A DNA stretch of 64,000 bases from Candidatus Binatia bacterium (GTDB lineage Bacteria; Desulfobacterota; Binatia; UBA9968; CAXXLF01): the NCBI GenBank assembly GCA_963664015.2, contig CAXXLF010000002.1, forward strand, positions 256,001-320,000, read 5' to 3'. Of this stretch, positions 10,437-21,804 are shown in pieces. Under the pieces are notes generated by a model, which saw only the letters and a program-made list of their open reading frames with translations, made no database searches and was not told the origin of the DNA. The first letter of the stretch is position 1; every line of letters starts with the position of its first letter. The translations under genes and the position numbers were made by a program.

Positions 10437-11616
10437 TCAAATCTGGCGTATACCGCCGCTAAGGGTCCAGATCCGTCGTGGAAATTTAGACGTCGGGTCA
10501 AGAATTTCATCCAGAGCAGTATCGATAGTTTGGGATCCATCTCGATAAACACCAATGGGATCAATATCTTGCTGGACTTTTTTAATCTCTCGTATCAACA
10601 TGTCACGAAACATAATGATCCCCTTATCCGAGGTTGCCAAACGTTCTTGTGTTCGGTCAGCGATGGGCCCAGCGGTCTCCCAGGTCATGGTGTCTTGGGC
10701 CAACGGCTTGTGCATTGTGTAGCGGGTACGTGGATAAACCCCATTGGGGGGATCCTTGAATGGCTCCATATAGGTTACCAGCACGTCCTCCCTATCACTA
10801 ATCGCGTTGCCATTTTCCAACGGCTCGAAGATTACATGAACATGCCAGGTATGAGTGTCATCAATGGGAACACGAAATTGGGTAGTGTTAGCTTGTCTCA
10901 AATTATTAGGGAAGATCAACGGATGATTATCCTGACGTCCGTCCTTAAAGCACCGTTTTTTCATTATACCGTAAGGTACTTCCTCAAACTCAACCGAATC
11001 CACCTCATCGATATAGCCCCTTGTCCTACTGGGTGCTTTACGGGTCCAGGTGGTATCCAAATGGAGGATCTGTAAATGTGCAGGGTCAACCGAATTCTCC
11101 ATGGACTGGAGCCAATTACAGTCAATAACGTTGTACACCACCACGCCTCTCCGACCGTCGGTTCTTTCCCAGATATCCAGCGGAGGTATCATGGGAGCGG
11201 GTTGCGGTCCCAAATAAGCCCAATAGAATCCAACATATTTACGGACCGGATAGGCTTTTTGTTTAACGGTGAGATGAAATTTACTATCGGCTGGTTCCGC
11301 AGGTGTTTCCAAACACCTACCTTGGGAATCGAAAAGCCACCCATGATAGGCGCACGCAAGCCCTCGCTCTTCCACCCGGCCATAGGAAAGTGAGGCCCCA
11401 CGGTGGGGACAGCGGTCTTCCAGGAGACCTACGTTTCCCGAGCGATCGAGGAAAAGGACCAGATTCTCACCGAGGATTCGCACAAACTTGGTTGGATTTT
11501 CAGGCGTCAACTCGGCCCCAACAGCAACGGGCTGCCAATACCTGCGTAACAACTCTCCCGCGGGTGTCCCGGGACCCACCCGGGTTCAACATTTCGTTCT
11601 CTTCTCTTGTTATCAT
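10437..11616 (-). pseudogene. Rieske oxygenase (phthalate dioxygenase-like) with a +1 frameshift near codon 11
   Basis: ATG at 11616 gives MITREENEML, then one extra A before (T)RVGPGTP; CPHRG..CAYHGW; ENSVDPAHLQILH. The lesion may be a sequencing error. Confidence 0.85.
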
Positions 11617-11658
11617 CGACTCATCGCAGCCTAGCTCACCGTCATGGGCAAACCCTAC

Positions 11659-12925
11659 TTACTTAGGATTCGCAATAAATTCACTGACCTCTTGATTGTC
11701 GAGAGGGTCGTATTTCGTGGAGGAGCCGGTATTTTTACGTCCACCGACTTCCCTTAACCGACGCTCAGCAATTCCGCCCCCATCCTTTTCCGTGGGTATC
11801 TTTAGACATACGTTCTTTTTTAGGGTCACGGAACACATTCATCGGATCCTCTCCCAGCTCAACCTTCTGCAGGTTTTCCTCCAGTTGCTTTCTGTAGAGG
11901 ATGATCCCCTTGTCCGAGGTGCCCAGCCTTTCCTTGGTTCGATCCGCATTGGGTCCTTGCGTATACCACATGACCATGTCTTGCCCGCTATTATTGTCCA
12001 CTAGCGACCATTGAGCACGGCCGCGGGGACCGGCCGTGACCACCGGCACGTCGTAGACTTTTGTTCTGCTCTTCTCCTCTGTCTGAACCCCTTCGGATAA
12101 TGGCTTCGATTTATACCAAACGTGAAGCGTATTTTCGTCGTCTACGGGAACCCTAAATTGATAACCTACATTGGCGAGTATGTTGGGAAAAATGACTGGA
12201 TGCCCGATCCGATATTCCACGTCGTTTTCCGAACCACCGGTCCATACCCGGCGTTTGACCATCCCATATTCAAAGATATCGAAGTCCAATTTTACATGAT
12301 GCTTGACCGGGTGCTTCAACTCTGGTTTCCCGAGTCGCTCCAATACATAGTTGTCAAAATATCTGTGCAGCCACTCCACGTGGACAGGGTCAAGAGAGTT
12401 TTCCATGATTTGCAGCCAGTTACAGGGAATGACTGCAAACCCAACCGTCTGAATCGCGTTTTTCTTCACTAACTCATCCCAACGCGGCAGCAGAGGCACC
12501 GGCTCTGGGCCCAGATAAGCGAAAATCATTCCACCCAATTCCTGGACAGGATATGCAGGAATGGTGACTTTGTCTTTGAACTTACTGTCCGCACCTTCCA
12601 TATCTTTCCGCAGGTTGTTCCAGGCACTTCCCTTGCGCGTTATACAACCAACCGTGGTACGCGCACCGAAGGCCTTCCCTTCTCTGGTATCCCGTACATC
12701 ATCGATGCTCGGCGGTGTGGACAGGATTCACCGATGAGTCCCCAAACGTCCTCCCCTATCCCGATACAACACAAGGGATTCGCCAAGGATCTTTACTGCC
12801 TTAACGGGTTCCTCTTCGAGCTCAGGGCTTCCAGCAATGGGATACCAATAACGCCTCAGGAGTTTCCCCATGGGTGCATTCGGGCCTACTCGGGTTAGTC
12901 TTTCGTTTTCCGCTGCGGTAAGCAT
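11659..12925 (-). pseudogene. Rieske oxygenase with at least 3 frameshifts
   Basis: Segments MLTAAENERLTRVGP / CPHRRAS / CAYHGW / ENSLDPVHVEWLH lie in different frames; last shift in the T6 run at 11816-11821; restored end at TAA 11659. Confidence 0.85.
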
Positions 12926-13024
12926 GACGGGATCCTCCTACTGGAAATCTTGGCGATTAACCAAGATCTGGATAATCGGCAATCGTTCAAAGTGCCCGAT
13001 TATATTGGTTTAACAAAGAAAATC

Positions 13025-13481
13025 AAACCCCGGCGGTGGTGCCAATATACTAACACCCCATCCAATTCGTGCCACCACGGGGCTGGGAATTAATTGATAT
13101 CGACATCCTCTCCCAAATGCACCTCTTCCTGGCAGGGCCCGCCTTCAACCAACTGGAGAGGCACCGGATTGGCTTTTCCGGCCTGGATCGTTTCATAGAT
13201 CTTCTGCTCATCAACATCCTTGCCAAAGGCGACTGCCAGTTGTTCAGTCGTAGACAGGATATTGGATAGGAATCGCATCCCCGGGTAACCTTTACTGTTC
13301 TCAAACATAAGGCCCGGTCCCCGGAGCTTCAGCCCGCGCACACAGATCGCCCCTAATTCGTGTTTTAGGTCCACCTCTGCTTTGACGTGTTTGAGAAGCC
13401 CAGAATATTCCAGAAGCTTCAAGTAGACCCTCAGATCTCATAGGCGACACGCTGTTTTTCAAGATCCATTGCTTTGGACAT
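13025..13481 (-). pseudogene. UbiD-family decarboxylase, N-terminal fragment
   Basis: DLRVYLKLLE..EVDLKHELGAI..GPGLMFEN..GPCQE..DIN*FPAPWWHELDG..*YIGT; frameshift, stops and truncation. Confidence 0.85.
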
Positions 13482-13532
13482 ATTTTCCTCCCCGAACTAT
13501 TGATCCTGTAATCACCTCCTCATATTGACAGC

Positions 13533-14577
13533 TTATCGCACCCTTCCGAAAAGATTGTCGGGAATTTCAGTACCCAATCCTTTACGTTTCGCTGCCTCCA
13601 AAACTATTTTACCTGCCGCGGCGAACTGGATACCCATTCCCGTATTGTTCTTATAGTAAACAATCTGCCGGTCCGTGGTCCGTCCAGGGACCTTCCCTGC
13701 AATCAGGTCTTTGAGCTCCACCACTCGCCCCCAAGGAATCTTCCCGTTATTAATTAACGTCAAAAGCTCCCCTTGTTTGTTGTCTAGCAGGGTGGCCTTA
13801 TCGCTGATTGCGATTAACTCGCTTTTTAAAAAGGTCGCCTGGTCGACTTCGTCACTTCTGCTAACATGGTCAGTGTTTCGTATACTTACAACCGTTTGGC
13901 CTTCCTTGATTAGATTTCCCATTGAATACCGGATAGTCAGAACTGGTAAAGCATCCTATGATATCTACATCCGTGACGCAGGAGGCGCTGCTATCGACCG
14001 GCATGACGGGCGTTCCCAGGCGCGTTTCCATTTCCCTAGCAAACTTAATTCGATGTTCCACATTAGGACTGTAAACCTTGACGCGGGTGATCTTTCTGAC
14101 CAAACACATGGCTTCGAGATTCGAGCTGGCTTGTCCTACCACTCCCCTAGAATACCGATAGAGCTCGCATCCTCCCGTGCCAGTCTCTTGATGGCGATAC
14201 CGGTCGTAGCACCGACTCTCAGATCCGAGATAATGCCATCCATTAGCATCCCCAGCAGTTTTCCGGTTTCCAGATCAAAGAGTACAATAAATCCCCACCC
14301 TCCGACGGCGCTTACGGCACGGATTTCACTAGGATTTTTTTTCCGGCGTGGCCAAGAATTCAGCCGCACAGCAGAAACCCCGTAACTAGGAACGGCGCCT
14401 GCTATAACATTGGTCATGTGGAACCGGGTGTCATCCAGCGCAACCTGATACCGTTGGCGTGGATGGATTGCGGCTGCTCCCTGACCGAATTCGAGGTAGG
14501 CCTGTTCCATGGCCTGGACGTATTCCTTCATGGGAACGAGCCCCTGAGATCTCTGGGTCAGTCAGAACTAAGGGCAT
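13533..14577 (-). pseudogene. ornithine cyclodeaminase/mu-crystallin family protein with 3 frameshifts
   Basis: MPLVLTDPEI / MKEYVQAME..RVGATTGIA..LAREDAS / KVYSPN / GKVPGRTTDRQI..KNNTGMGIQFAA; shifts at about 14541, 14140 and 13915. Confidence 0.85.
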
Positions 14578-15782
14578 CGTTCCAACCCCGCGACGTATTC
14601 CTTCCAGTCTGTGGAACTCGGAATCACCTCTCCCCGGGTGATCAGCTGGGATATCCGGTTAGCCTTCGGATCGCGAAACACATGGGGTGCTTCCCGTCCT
14701 TCCTGGACGTCCTTGATCGCGTTTAATAGAAGCTTGCGAGCGGCAAGGATGGCCTTATCGGAAGAGATCAAGTGCTCCTTTGTCCGATCCTCGATTTGTC
14801 CCGCCCCCTCAACCACACAAAGGTCATGGGCCTGGAAGACCATCCCGATTCCCGTGTAGCTCTTGTCAACCATGGACTCTCTATCCTGGAGGTAACGATT
14901 GGCCTTATTTCGAATCGATTTGTAATCCGGTGTCATCTCGCTCCGCCCACGCCGGGCCACCTCTTTATCGAGCGGCTTCGTGCGATCGAACGTAAAGGTG
15001 TATTTCCAATGGTGCGTGTCATCGATGGGGACATGCCAGTTGACACTATAGCCGTCTCGCGAAATCCCTCCGGGAAAGGTACTCAGATTGGGATAGACAA
15101 AGTTGGAGACCCTTAAATAGGTTTGATCGGTTCCTGCATTACGGAGCGTGCAGATCCTGACTCCAAAGTCGACCACCTCAACCTCGACCTTGGGTACAAG
15201 ATCCCGCTCGGTCAGATCACCGGCGTTAATCCTTCGATGCAAGAACGAGAGATGTACCGAATCGATATTCCCCTCATTGCCCTGGAGGTAGTTGCTATCG
15301 TTGAGTAGCTTTATGGAAAAGACATGGCTACCGGGTACGGTCAAAAACTCATAGTTGGGAAGCAAAGGGGGCTCACCGGGCCCCAAATAGGCAAAGATTA
15401 CGCCGGCCCTTTCAACGCACGGGTAAGCGGGGTGGCGAATGGAAGCTTTATGTTCTCCCCCTCCAGGCTCTCCCGGTTGATCAAGACAATTGCCATGTAT
15501 GTCATAAAGCCATCCGTGGTAAATACACCTCAACCCGCCGTCCTCGACCCGGCCATAACTCAAGTCTGCCCCCCGGTGGGAGCAGTGGATTCCCAGCAAA
15601 CCGGGGCGGCCCTGGTCGTCTCGGAAAACCACCAGCTCCTCTCCCAGCAGGCGAACAGGCACGGGTGCCCCACCGGCAGGTAACTCTTCCGAAAGGGCTG
15701 CCGGTTGCCAATATCTCCGAATCAGATCCCCACAGGGGGTACCCGCATCCGTGTGGGTTAATACATCGGCTTCATGTTCCAT
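14568..15782 (-). CDS. Rieske oxygenase, phthalate 4,5-dioxygenase-like
   Basis: CSHRG..CIYHGW; EGNIDSVHLSFLH; AHD. Confidence 0.92.
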   Translation of the reverse strand: MEHEADVLTHTDAGTPCGDLIRRYWQPAALSEELPAGGAPVPVRLLGEELVVFRDDQGRPGLLGIHCSHRGADLSYGRVEDGGLRCIYHGWLYDIHGNCLDQPGEPGGGEHKASIRHPAYPCVERAGVIFAYLGPGEPPLLPNYEFLTVPGSHVFSIKLLNDSNYLQGNEGNIDSVHLSFLHRRINAGDLTERDLVPKVEVEVVDFGVRICTLRNAGTDQTYLRVSNFVYPNLSTFPGGISRDGYSVNWHVPIDDTHHWKYTFTFDRTKPLDKEVARRGRSEMTPDYKSIRNKANRYLQDRESMVDKSYTGIGMVFQAHDLCVVEGAGQIEDRTKEHLISSDKAILAARKLLLNAIKDVQEGREAPHVFRDPKANRISQLITRGEVIPSSTDWKEYVAGLERCP

Positions 15783-15909
15783 AGCATTACCCTCAGATCA
15801 CTATTTTTCTTTGCGCCAACACTTCATTGAATAGTTTGATCATGGATCCCATCTCTATCCACTCAGGACGACTATCGACCTCCAGATACTCAACCTCTTA
15901 AATCCGTCG

Positions 15910-16061
15910 AGTCTCCAGCGGCAACCGTCCTTTCCCCAATTATCCTTCCACCCGGCAAAGGCGGGTTCCAGAAAGTCGGAAAGGCTAAGTAAGAATGATA
16001 AAAATTGCGAACCCCAAGAACAGTGGATGGATTGCACCCAAAAAACTTAAAGAAGAATCAT
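15910..16061 (-). pseudogene. remnant N-terminus of an ABC substrate-binding protein
   Basis: RBS and ATG at 16061, TAA at codon 5, then a hydrophobic stretch and AFAGWKDNW..(KTVAAG after a shift), matching ASAGWEDDWKKTVAAG of 9043-10170. Confidence 0.5.
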
Positions 16062-16092
16062 GGTTCCTTTTCCCTGTGGATGAGGTCTTCAT

Positions 16093-17162
16093 TTACAGTC
16101 CGTACAGGGCCTGAGGATTGAACGTCAGAACCTTTTCCTTGACACGTAGTGGAAGGTCCTCGCGCTTCATAATGGCTTCCGCCAATTGATCTTCATGGGA
16201 CGCGTCCGAATGAGGATAGTCGGACGCCACGACTAGAGCGTCCTCCCCGATCCATTTGATGAGGTAATCGATATCCTCATCGGCTTCGCAGGCGATATAG
16301 GCTCTCCCCTCACGAAAATAGTCCGCCGGATCTTTACCTTTGATTCGCCTTCGCCTTATCTGGTGCAATACATAGGGAATCCACTGGGAACCTGCCTCTA
16401 AGAAAGCAAATCTTAATCCCGGCACGGCTTCCATCACGCCTGAGGTAAGAACGCTAAAAAACCCATAAGTACCGGTAAGACAGCACTGTTAAAGCTGTCC
16501 TGGGCATAGAAGGCATCGGTAATTGCCGGACATCCCCAACCAAAGTGAATGCAGATGGGCAGACTCAAGGCCGCTGCCTCCTGGTAGAAAGGAATTAGCT
16601 GCTCATCACCCAGGCTTCTATCCCAAGCCACCCCAAGGAGCATTACAGAAACGGCACCTAGCTCCTTGGCCCTACGCAGCTCTTTCCTGGATTCCTCAAT
16701 GTCCCGGATTGGTACCAGTGCGGCAAATCGCAACCGTCCACCGGAACTGGAACAGGCCTGGGCAAGAAAACTGTTATACGCCCGGATCAACGCCGCTTCT
16801 AATTTTAAATCCTCAGCTGTCGTTGCCAGGAACATGGTGGGATAGATCACCTGCTTGTCTATTCCCGCCGTATCGAGATCCTTCAGCCTGGCCTCGACGT
16901 CGGTGAGTTCCTGGGCGGGTATAGAAGCAGCTTTACGCTTGGCCTGCTCCATGATCGTAGGGGTGGCAAAGCGGAATCCGCCCTTGCCGACAAATTTAGG
17001 GAAGCTCCTACCGTCTAGCAGCCAAATTGCATTGTTCGGACCATAAACCGTGTCCTGACCGAATCCCAAAGGTAGGGGTCTGCGCGGAAAATACTCCTTC
17101 TCAAGGAGATCGAACATTGCAGTCGATTCTTCTATATGGCCATCGGCATCGATCACATTCAT
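16093..17162 (-). pseudogene. amidohydrolase-2 family protein with a single frameshift
   Basis: IDADGH..VIYPT..CIHFG / LRFAFLEAGSQW..ASDYPHSD; shift in the A6 run at 16456-16461 (possible sequencing error). Confidence 0.85.
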
Positions 17163-17201
17163 TCCTAATTCCTCCTAATATTCGTCTCCAATTGGTCCCG
17201 C

Positions 17202-17960
17202 TCAGCCTATAAACACTCTGCCGCCGTCAACATTAATCACTTGCCCCGTAATCATATCGCTGTCGTCTGATGCCAGGAAGGCAATGACGCCTTCAAGGTC
17301 TTTGGGGAGTAGCTGCCTCTGAATGTACCTGCCACTTTGACTATTCACCGGAAGTTGCCTCGGCGCCTCCCCCCTCGCCTCCGATGCCTCGACACCTGCC
17401 GGGGTCACCACATTGACATTGATGTTATGAGGACCAAGATCCACAGCCAGAGCTCTTGTGAAACCAATGACCCCGGCCTTGGAAGCCGCATAATCCTGCC
17501 TGAGGGCTGTTCCGTGCAGGGCGACTCCCGAACTGATGTTGATCACCTTTCCTTTGCCGGTTTGGATGATATAGGGAGCAAAGGCCTTGCTGGCCAGAAA
17601 TGTCCCTGTTAGGTTAACATTGATAATCCGGTTCCATTCGGAGAGCGTCAAATCCTGTAGAGGTATTCGCTGGACGTTTCTGACGATCCCCGCATTGTTT
17701 ACCAGAATGTCGATCCGTTTAAAGGTGTCAAAAGTCAATTTGGCACCCTTCACCGTCTCGTCTTCCGAAGTCACATCCATTTTTATGGCAATTGCCTTTC
17801 TCCCTTTCTCGCGAACCAAGTCCGCCGTCTTCTCCACTCCCTCCTTGTTTATGTCGGCAACACAGACATCTGCCCCTTCCGATGCTAAACGCAACGCGTA
17901 TATCTTTCCCAAACCGGTCGCTGCACCGGTAACTACAGCAACCCTACCTTGCAATCCCAT
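17202..17960 (-). CDS. SDR family oxidoreductase
   Basis: TGAATGLG, NNAG, YAASK, ITGQVINVDGG; start at ATG 17960 after a GGAGG RBS. Confidence 0.9.
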   Translation of the reverse strand: MGLQGRVAVVTGAATGLGKIYALRLASEGADVCVADINKEGVEKTADLVREKGRKAIAIKMDVTSEDETVKGAKLTFDTFKRIDILVNNAGIVRNVQRIPLQDLTLSEWNRIINVNLTGTFLASKAFAPYIIQTGKGKVINISSGVALHGTALRQDYAASKAGVIGFTRALAVDLGPHNINVNVVTPAGVEASEARGEAPRQLPVNSQSGRYIQRQLLPKDLEGVIAFLASDDSDMITGQVINVDGGRVFIG

Positions 17961-17977
17961 GGTAAGAATCCTCCCTT

Positions 17978-18310
17978 TTAAGGAGCCATTCGGCGTTGAG
18001 CCGACTCCTTTTCCCCGCATATCACCGCTTCCGTACCCTGTTTCCAGAGACAATCGACCTGATTTAAACCCGCACCTTTAAGAAAGTCAAATAACTGTTC
18101 TACGGTTGAGGCTCCGTGGTTCGTGCCAAAAATACGTCCCCGATTCCGCCTACCACTCTGCTCTCTAGTGAAATCCTCTTCCTTCCACCCTAGTTCCACC
18201 AACTCCCGTTGCCCCATCGCTTTGTATCGAGTGGATAAAAATTCTGTAGGTGGTTTTGCCCGGTCACCTACCATCAGAACACCTCCCGCTTCCCGCCGTT
18301 TGTCGCTGGC
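17978..18310 (-). pseudogene. class I SAM methyltransferase C-terminal fragment
   Basis: GGVLMVGD..STVEQLFDFLKGAGLNQVDCLWK..AVICGEK, typical of CmoA-like C-termini; no SAM-binding N-terminus. Confidence 0.55.
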
Positions 18311-18318
18311 CGGAAGCT

Positions 18319-19437
18319 CTACTTATCTTCCTTGTACTCCCACTGGTAGTCTAGATCCCGGTAGGCCTCGTCCACCATGATGGACTTCAATCCTCGCTTG
18401 CCGAGTTCTTCTTCAAACTTCTGTCTAATCCAGGGTTCCTCGCTTGGGTATTCGATCTGGTCGGCTTCCCGATTTTCGATCCTCTCCCCTGTTCCTCGAA
18501 TTACCCGGGGCGCATGCCAGGCCAGATACCTCGCCGGTTCCGCCCCGACGTTGAAATGCTGGTGGAACCACCTGTTCGGCGGGACAAAGACGCTTGCCTC
18601 ATGCCACGGAATCACGACCTTTTCCCCTCCCTCCGGCCACATGACCGAATAGCCTTCCCCTGCAGGGATCACGATCACCACGCCGGGTCCATGTCTGTGG
18701 GCCTTCTTGTAACTCTTCGAAGGAAACACCGACATGTGGCTGTACATGGGAGACTTGGGAAAACGGATCCAGACCGCATGACCACCGGCCCCCCTTCCCC
18801 GCATAGGTTGAAGCTTGTCCCAGGAACGCATATCGGGAAAAAAGTTGCCGTACCAAACGTTCATCTCTTGGCCCGGCGGCGAACCAGGGCGGCTCACGAC
18901 CCGCGCTTGAGCGTAATAGTCACTTCCGTTGTTACCGTAAAGGGTGTCCGTATCCACAAATGGATTGTTCATGAAAAAGTCCGGATTCCCCAAAATCCCC
19001 ATGGCTACCGGGAGGTAGGAGTAGTGCAGTAACCTTGCCGGTTGATTCCCCTGGGCATTGCCCAATTGATAATAATACCCCCCTGGGATCATGAACATAC
19101 TGCCTTTCTGCCACTCAAAAGTCTTCTTGGGTTTCCCCTCGGCCCAGATATGGGTAAGTCCCCTCCCCTCGACCACGTAAATCACCTCGTCGAGCGCCAT
19201 CCGATACGGTTCAATCGTCTTTGCCGGAGGGACTTCGGTAACATAGGCCTGCGCCACTCCTTCCTGTCCGGTCAATTGAAGAAAGGCCCCGTTGCAACCA
19301 CGGGCGTCCCAGGAACCGAGCTCCAGGGTCCTCAAATCCTCAATGTAGTACCCTCCATGAATCGGGATATTCTGCTTCTCCATCCAATGATCGTAAGGTG
19401 TCGTACCACTCCAAAAGTCCAATACGTTATCTGCCAT
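18319..19437 (-). CDS. bicupin protein (gentisate-dioxygenase-like superfamily, uncharacterised clade)
   Basis: DEVIYVVEGRG..FEWQKGSMF; second domain KAHRHGPG..WFHQHFN. Confidence 0.85.
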   Translation of the reverse strand: MADNVLDFWSGTTPYDHWMEKQNIPIHGGYYIEDLRTLELGSWDARGCNGAFLQLTGQEGVAQAYVTEVPPAKTIEPYRMALDEVIYVVEGRGLTHIWAEGKPKKTFEWQKGSMFMIPGGYYYQLGNAQGNQPARLLHYSYLPVAMGILGNPDFFMNNPFVDTDTLYGNNGSDYYAQARVVSRPGSPPGQEMNVWYGNFFPDMRSWDKLQPMRGRGAGGHAVWIRFPKSPMYSHMSVFPSKSYKKAHRHGPGVVIVIPAGEGYSVMWPEGGEKVVIPWHEASVFVPPNRWFHQHFNVGAEPARYLAWHAPRVIRGTGERIENREADQIEYPSEEPWIRQKFEEELGKRGLKSIMVDEAYRDLDYQWEYKEDK

Positions 19438-19520
19438 TTGTGAAATCCTCCTTGGTAAACACTAATGTATTCTTGAGCTAGCCTCAGTTTGTAGCGATGC
19501 CGCCCAAGCCGAAATACGAG

Positions 19521-20608
19521 TCAATCCATTCTTCCGTAAAGTCTCATAGGATTATCTATCAGTAACTTCTCCAACAATCCGTTCGACAAGTCCCCCCTAC
19601 CACGAAACACCTTTTCGACGTATTCGTGTCTCGATGAATCCCCATGGGGGATATCGCTGGCGGCAACCAACCAGTCTTCTCCGAGTTTATCGACAAGATA
19701 AGGCAGGTCCTCATCGGGTTCGCAGGAAGCAAAGAGCCGGCCCTCGTCAAAGAGTTTCCGGAGATGCCCTTTACCACCACGGGCTAAAGTAGACAACGCC
19801 GGGACCATCCATTCGGAGCCCACCTCCAAAAACACGCACCGAAGACCTTGGAAGTCCGCCATAAGACCGAATTCGAGAATGCTGTAAAAACCATACTGGC
19901 ATGTTAGCGAGCTGACCAGTTTAGAGGAACGGGGGGGAGGTGTGACGGCTCGCCAGGCAACCTGGGAATCCCCTCGAACATACCGTTTATGGTCGGACTA
20001 CCACGACCGATGTGGACGGTGATGGCCAGATCCTGCCGCTCGGCCTCCTCGAATATAGGACGAAAGGAGGGATGGCTGAGCGGCTTGTCCCATTCCAGCC
20101 CACGGGCAAAGACGCCTACGACGCCACCCAGTTCCGCCACTCGTCGAATCTCCTCCACCGCCTTGTCCGGTCGCCGGAAGGGGATAACCGCCGCATACCA
20201 AAGCCGACCCGATGACGCGATGCATTGCCGGGACAGAAACTCGTTGTAACTGCGCGCCAAGGCCAATTCGAGCTCCGGATCTTCCGCGAGACACGCCATC
20301 CAGATGGTGGGATAAATGACCTGTTTTTTGATGCCGAAGCGGTCGAGATCAGCCAGCCGGGCCTGGACATCCGTAATCTCCTGAGAAGCAACCACCATGC
20401 CCTTGGACTCGGCGCGCTTGGCAGTCGTTGGCGTTGCTCCCACATGGCGTATTTTCTGGTCGATTACCCAAAAGGCATTGTTCCATTCGAAAGAGGTATC
20501 CGTTGGAACCGTGACCGGGATCGGGCGCCTGGAGTCAAATTCCGGATCAAGGTATTGCCATGTCTGGAGGGACTCCATCACATGGGCGTCGGCATCGATG
20601 ACTACCAT
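19521..20608 (-). pseudogene. amidohydrolase-2 family protein with a single frameshift
   Basis: IDADAH..VIYPT..VHIG / FLEVGSEW..ASDIPHGD; shift near the G7 run at 19931-19937. Confidence 0.85.
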
Positions 20609-20626
20609 TGAGGCCTCCAGCCTAGC

Positions 20627-21562
20627 CTATTGATAAAGGCGATCGATGTAACCGCTGTCATCGATTTCGCGCAAGTAGTGCAGATCCCACAGAGCGAGGG
20701 GATTAAAACTCGCCACCTCCGGTTTGATTTTTACGGCCAACGCGAAGACGTTTTGAATCGCTTCCATCGTAGGGTAAGGCTTCGGCTCAAGCCTGTCCGC
20801 CTGGGCATGATAAAACACATCCATCTCCTCGTCGGTCTGAAGCTTGAGCTGCTTGCGGCAGGTCTTGTCGATGATTTCCATGGTAGCGTCCTTTTGGGTC
20901 CGGAAAAAATGGATGCCATCAACCAACGCGTGAAGCAGAGCTCTTACTTCCTCTTCGTGGCTGTTGACATAAGTCGTCGTCGTGGTGAGTGTCACTCCTT
21001 CGATCATGGCCATGGTGGGGACTTCGATCACGTTGGCCCCGATGGACTTGGCACGTAGCTGCTCAACCGCCCTTACAAATGTCGCATCGTACTCACCGGC
21101 CATGACCTTTTGCACACGCTCACCACCATTCAGATCCGCCCCCACCAGCTCGACGTCCTTACCCTCTTCCAGCCCGTTGAGGTGGAGATATAGCCATACG
21201 TTCAACCCCGTATGACTGGTAAAGTCATCCATCACGACCCGTTTGCCTTTCAGGTCGGCCAGCCCTTTGATCCCGGGGGTCCCAACCATGAAGTGCTCTC
21301 CCCAAAAGTTACCCGGCTCTGCAAGGTGGACAAAGGGCTCACCGTTGAGGAACCGTCGTGAGTACAGATTGTGGTGGTTGCCCGAAATGATATCCAGATC
21401 CCCCGCTCTCAGGCCCTCCATGGCGCGAGTTCGCATTCCCACCATAGATCCCAAGTCGATCTCCAGACCATGTTTTTCCAAGAACCCTTTCTCTTCCATC
21501 ACCTTCCATAGGGGCACGTGGCTCGGTGCCCGGTAAAAAATTCGAACCTTTTTATTGGCCAT
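20627..21562 (-). CDS. NMT1/THI5/SsuA-like substrate-binding-fold protein without a signal peptide
   Basis: EKGFLEKHGLEI, IKGLADLKGKRV, GLEEGKDVELV motifs; GAGG RBS; the fold starts at residue 5. Confidence 0.8.
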   Translation of the reverse strand: MANKKVRIFYRAPSHVPLWKVMEEKGFLEKHGLEIDLGSMVGMRTRAMEGLRAGDLDIISGNHHNLYSRRFLNGEPFVHLAEPGNFWGEHFMVGTPGIKGLADLKGKRVVMDDFTSHTGLNVWLYLHLNGLEEGKDVELVGADLNGGERVQKVMAGEYDATFVRAVEQLRAKSIGANVIEVPTMAMIEGVTLTTTTTYVNSHEEEVRALLHALVDGIHFFRTQKDATMEIIDKTCRKQLKLQTDEEMDVFYHAQADRLEPKPYPTMEAIQNVFALAVKIKPEVASFNPLALWDLHYLREIDDSGYIDRLYQ

Positions 21563-21804
21563 ATTGTTTCCTCTCTAGACTTGATAGTGCCCGGTAAAGT
21601 ACACCAATTAGGTGGCCATCATCAAGGGCTAAGAATCAACCCGTGGCATTGAGGTTATCCGCCGATTTATGGAAAGAACCTTTGGGAATCGAGAGAGGAA
21701 TGAGTGGTCATCACCAAAGAAGGGCCGACCCTAACTCCTCACCGCGAACTTATTCGGTTTGAGGAGATGGGCGGCCCTTCTTTGGCTTCTTATCTTACTT
21801 CAAA

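Noticed and set aside
11580-19940. Programmed ribosomal frameshifting in the Rieske, OCD and amidohydrolase genes
   Set aside because: Shift directions and positions are inconsistent, some genes have several shifts, and paralogues are intact. Decay or sequencing error is more likely.
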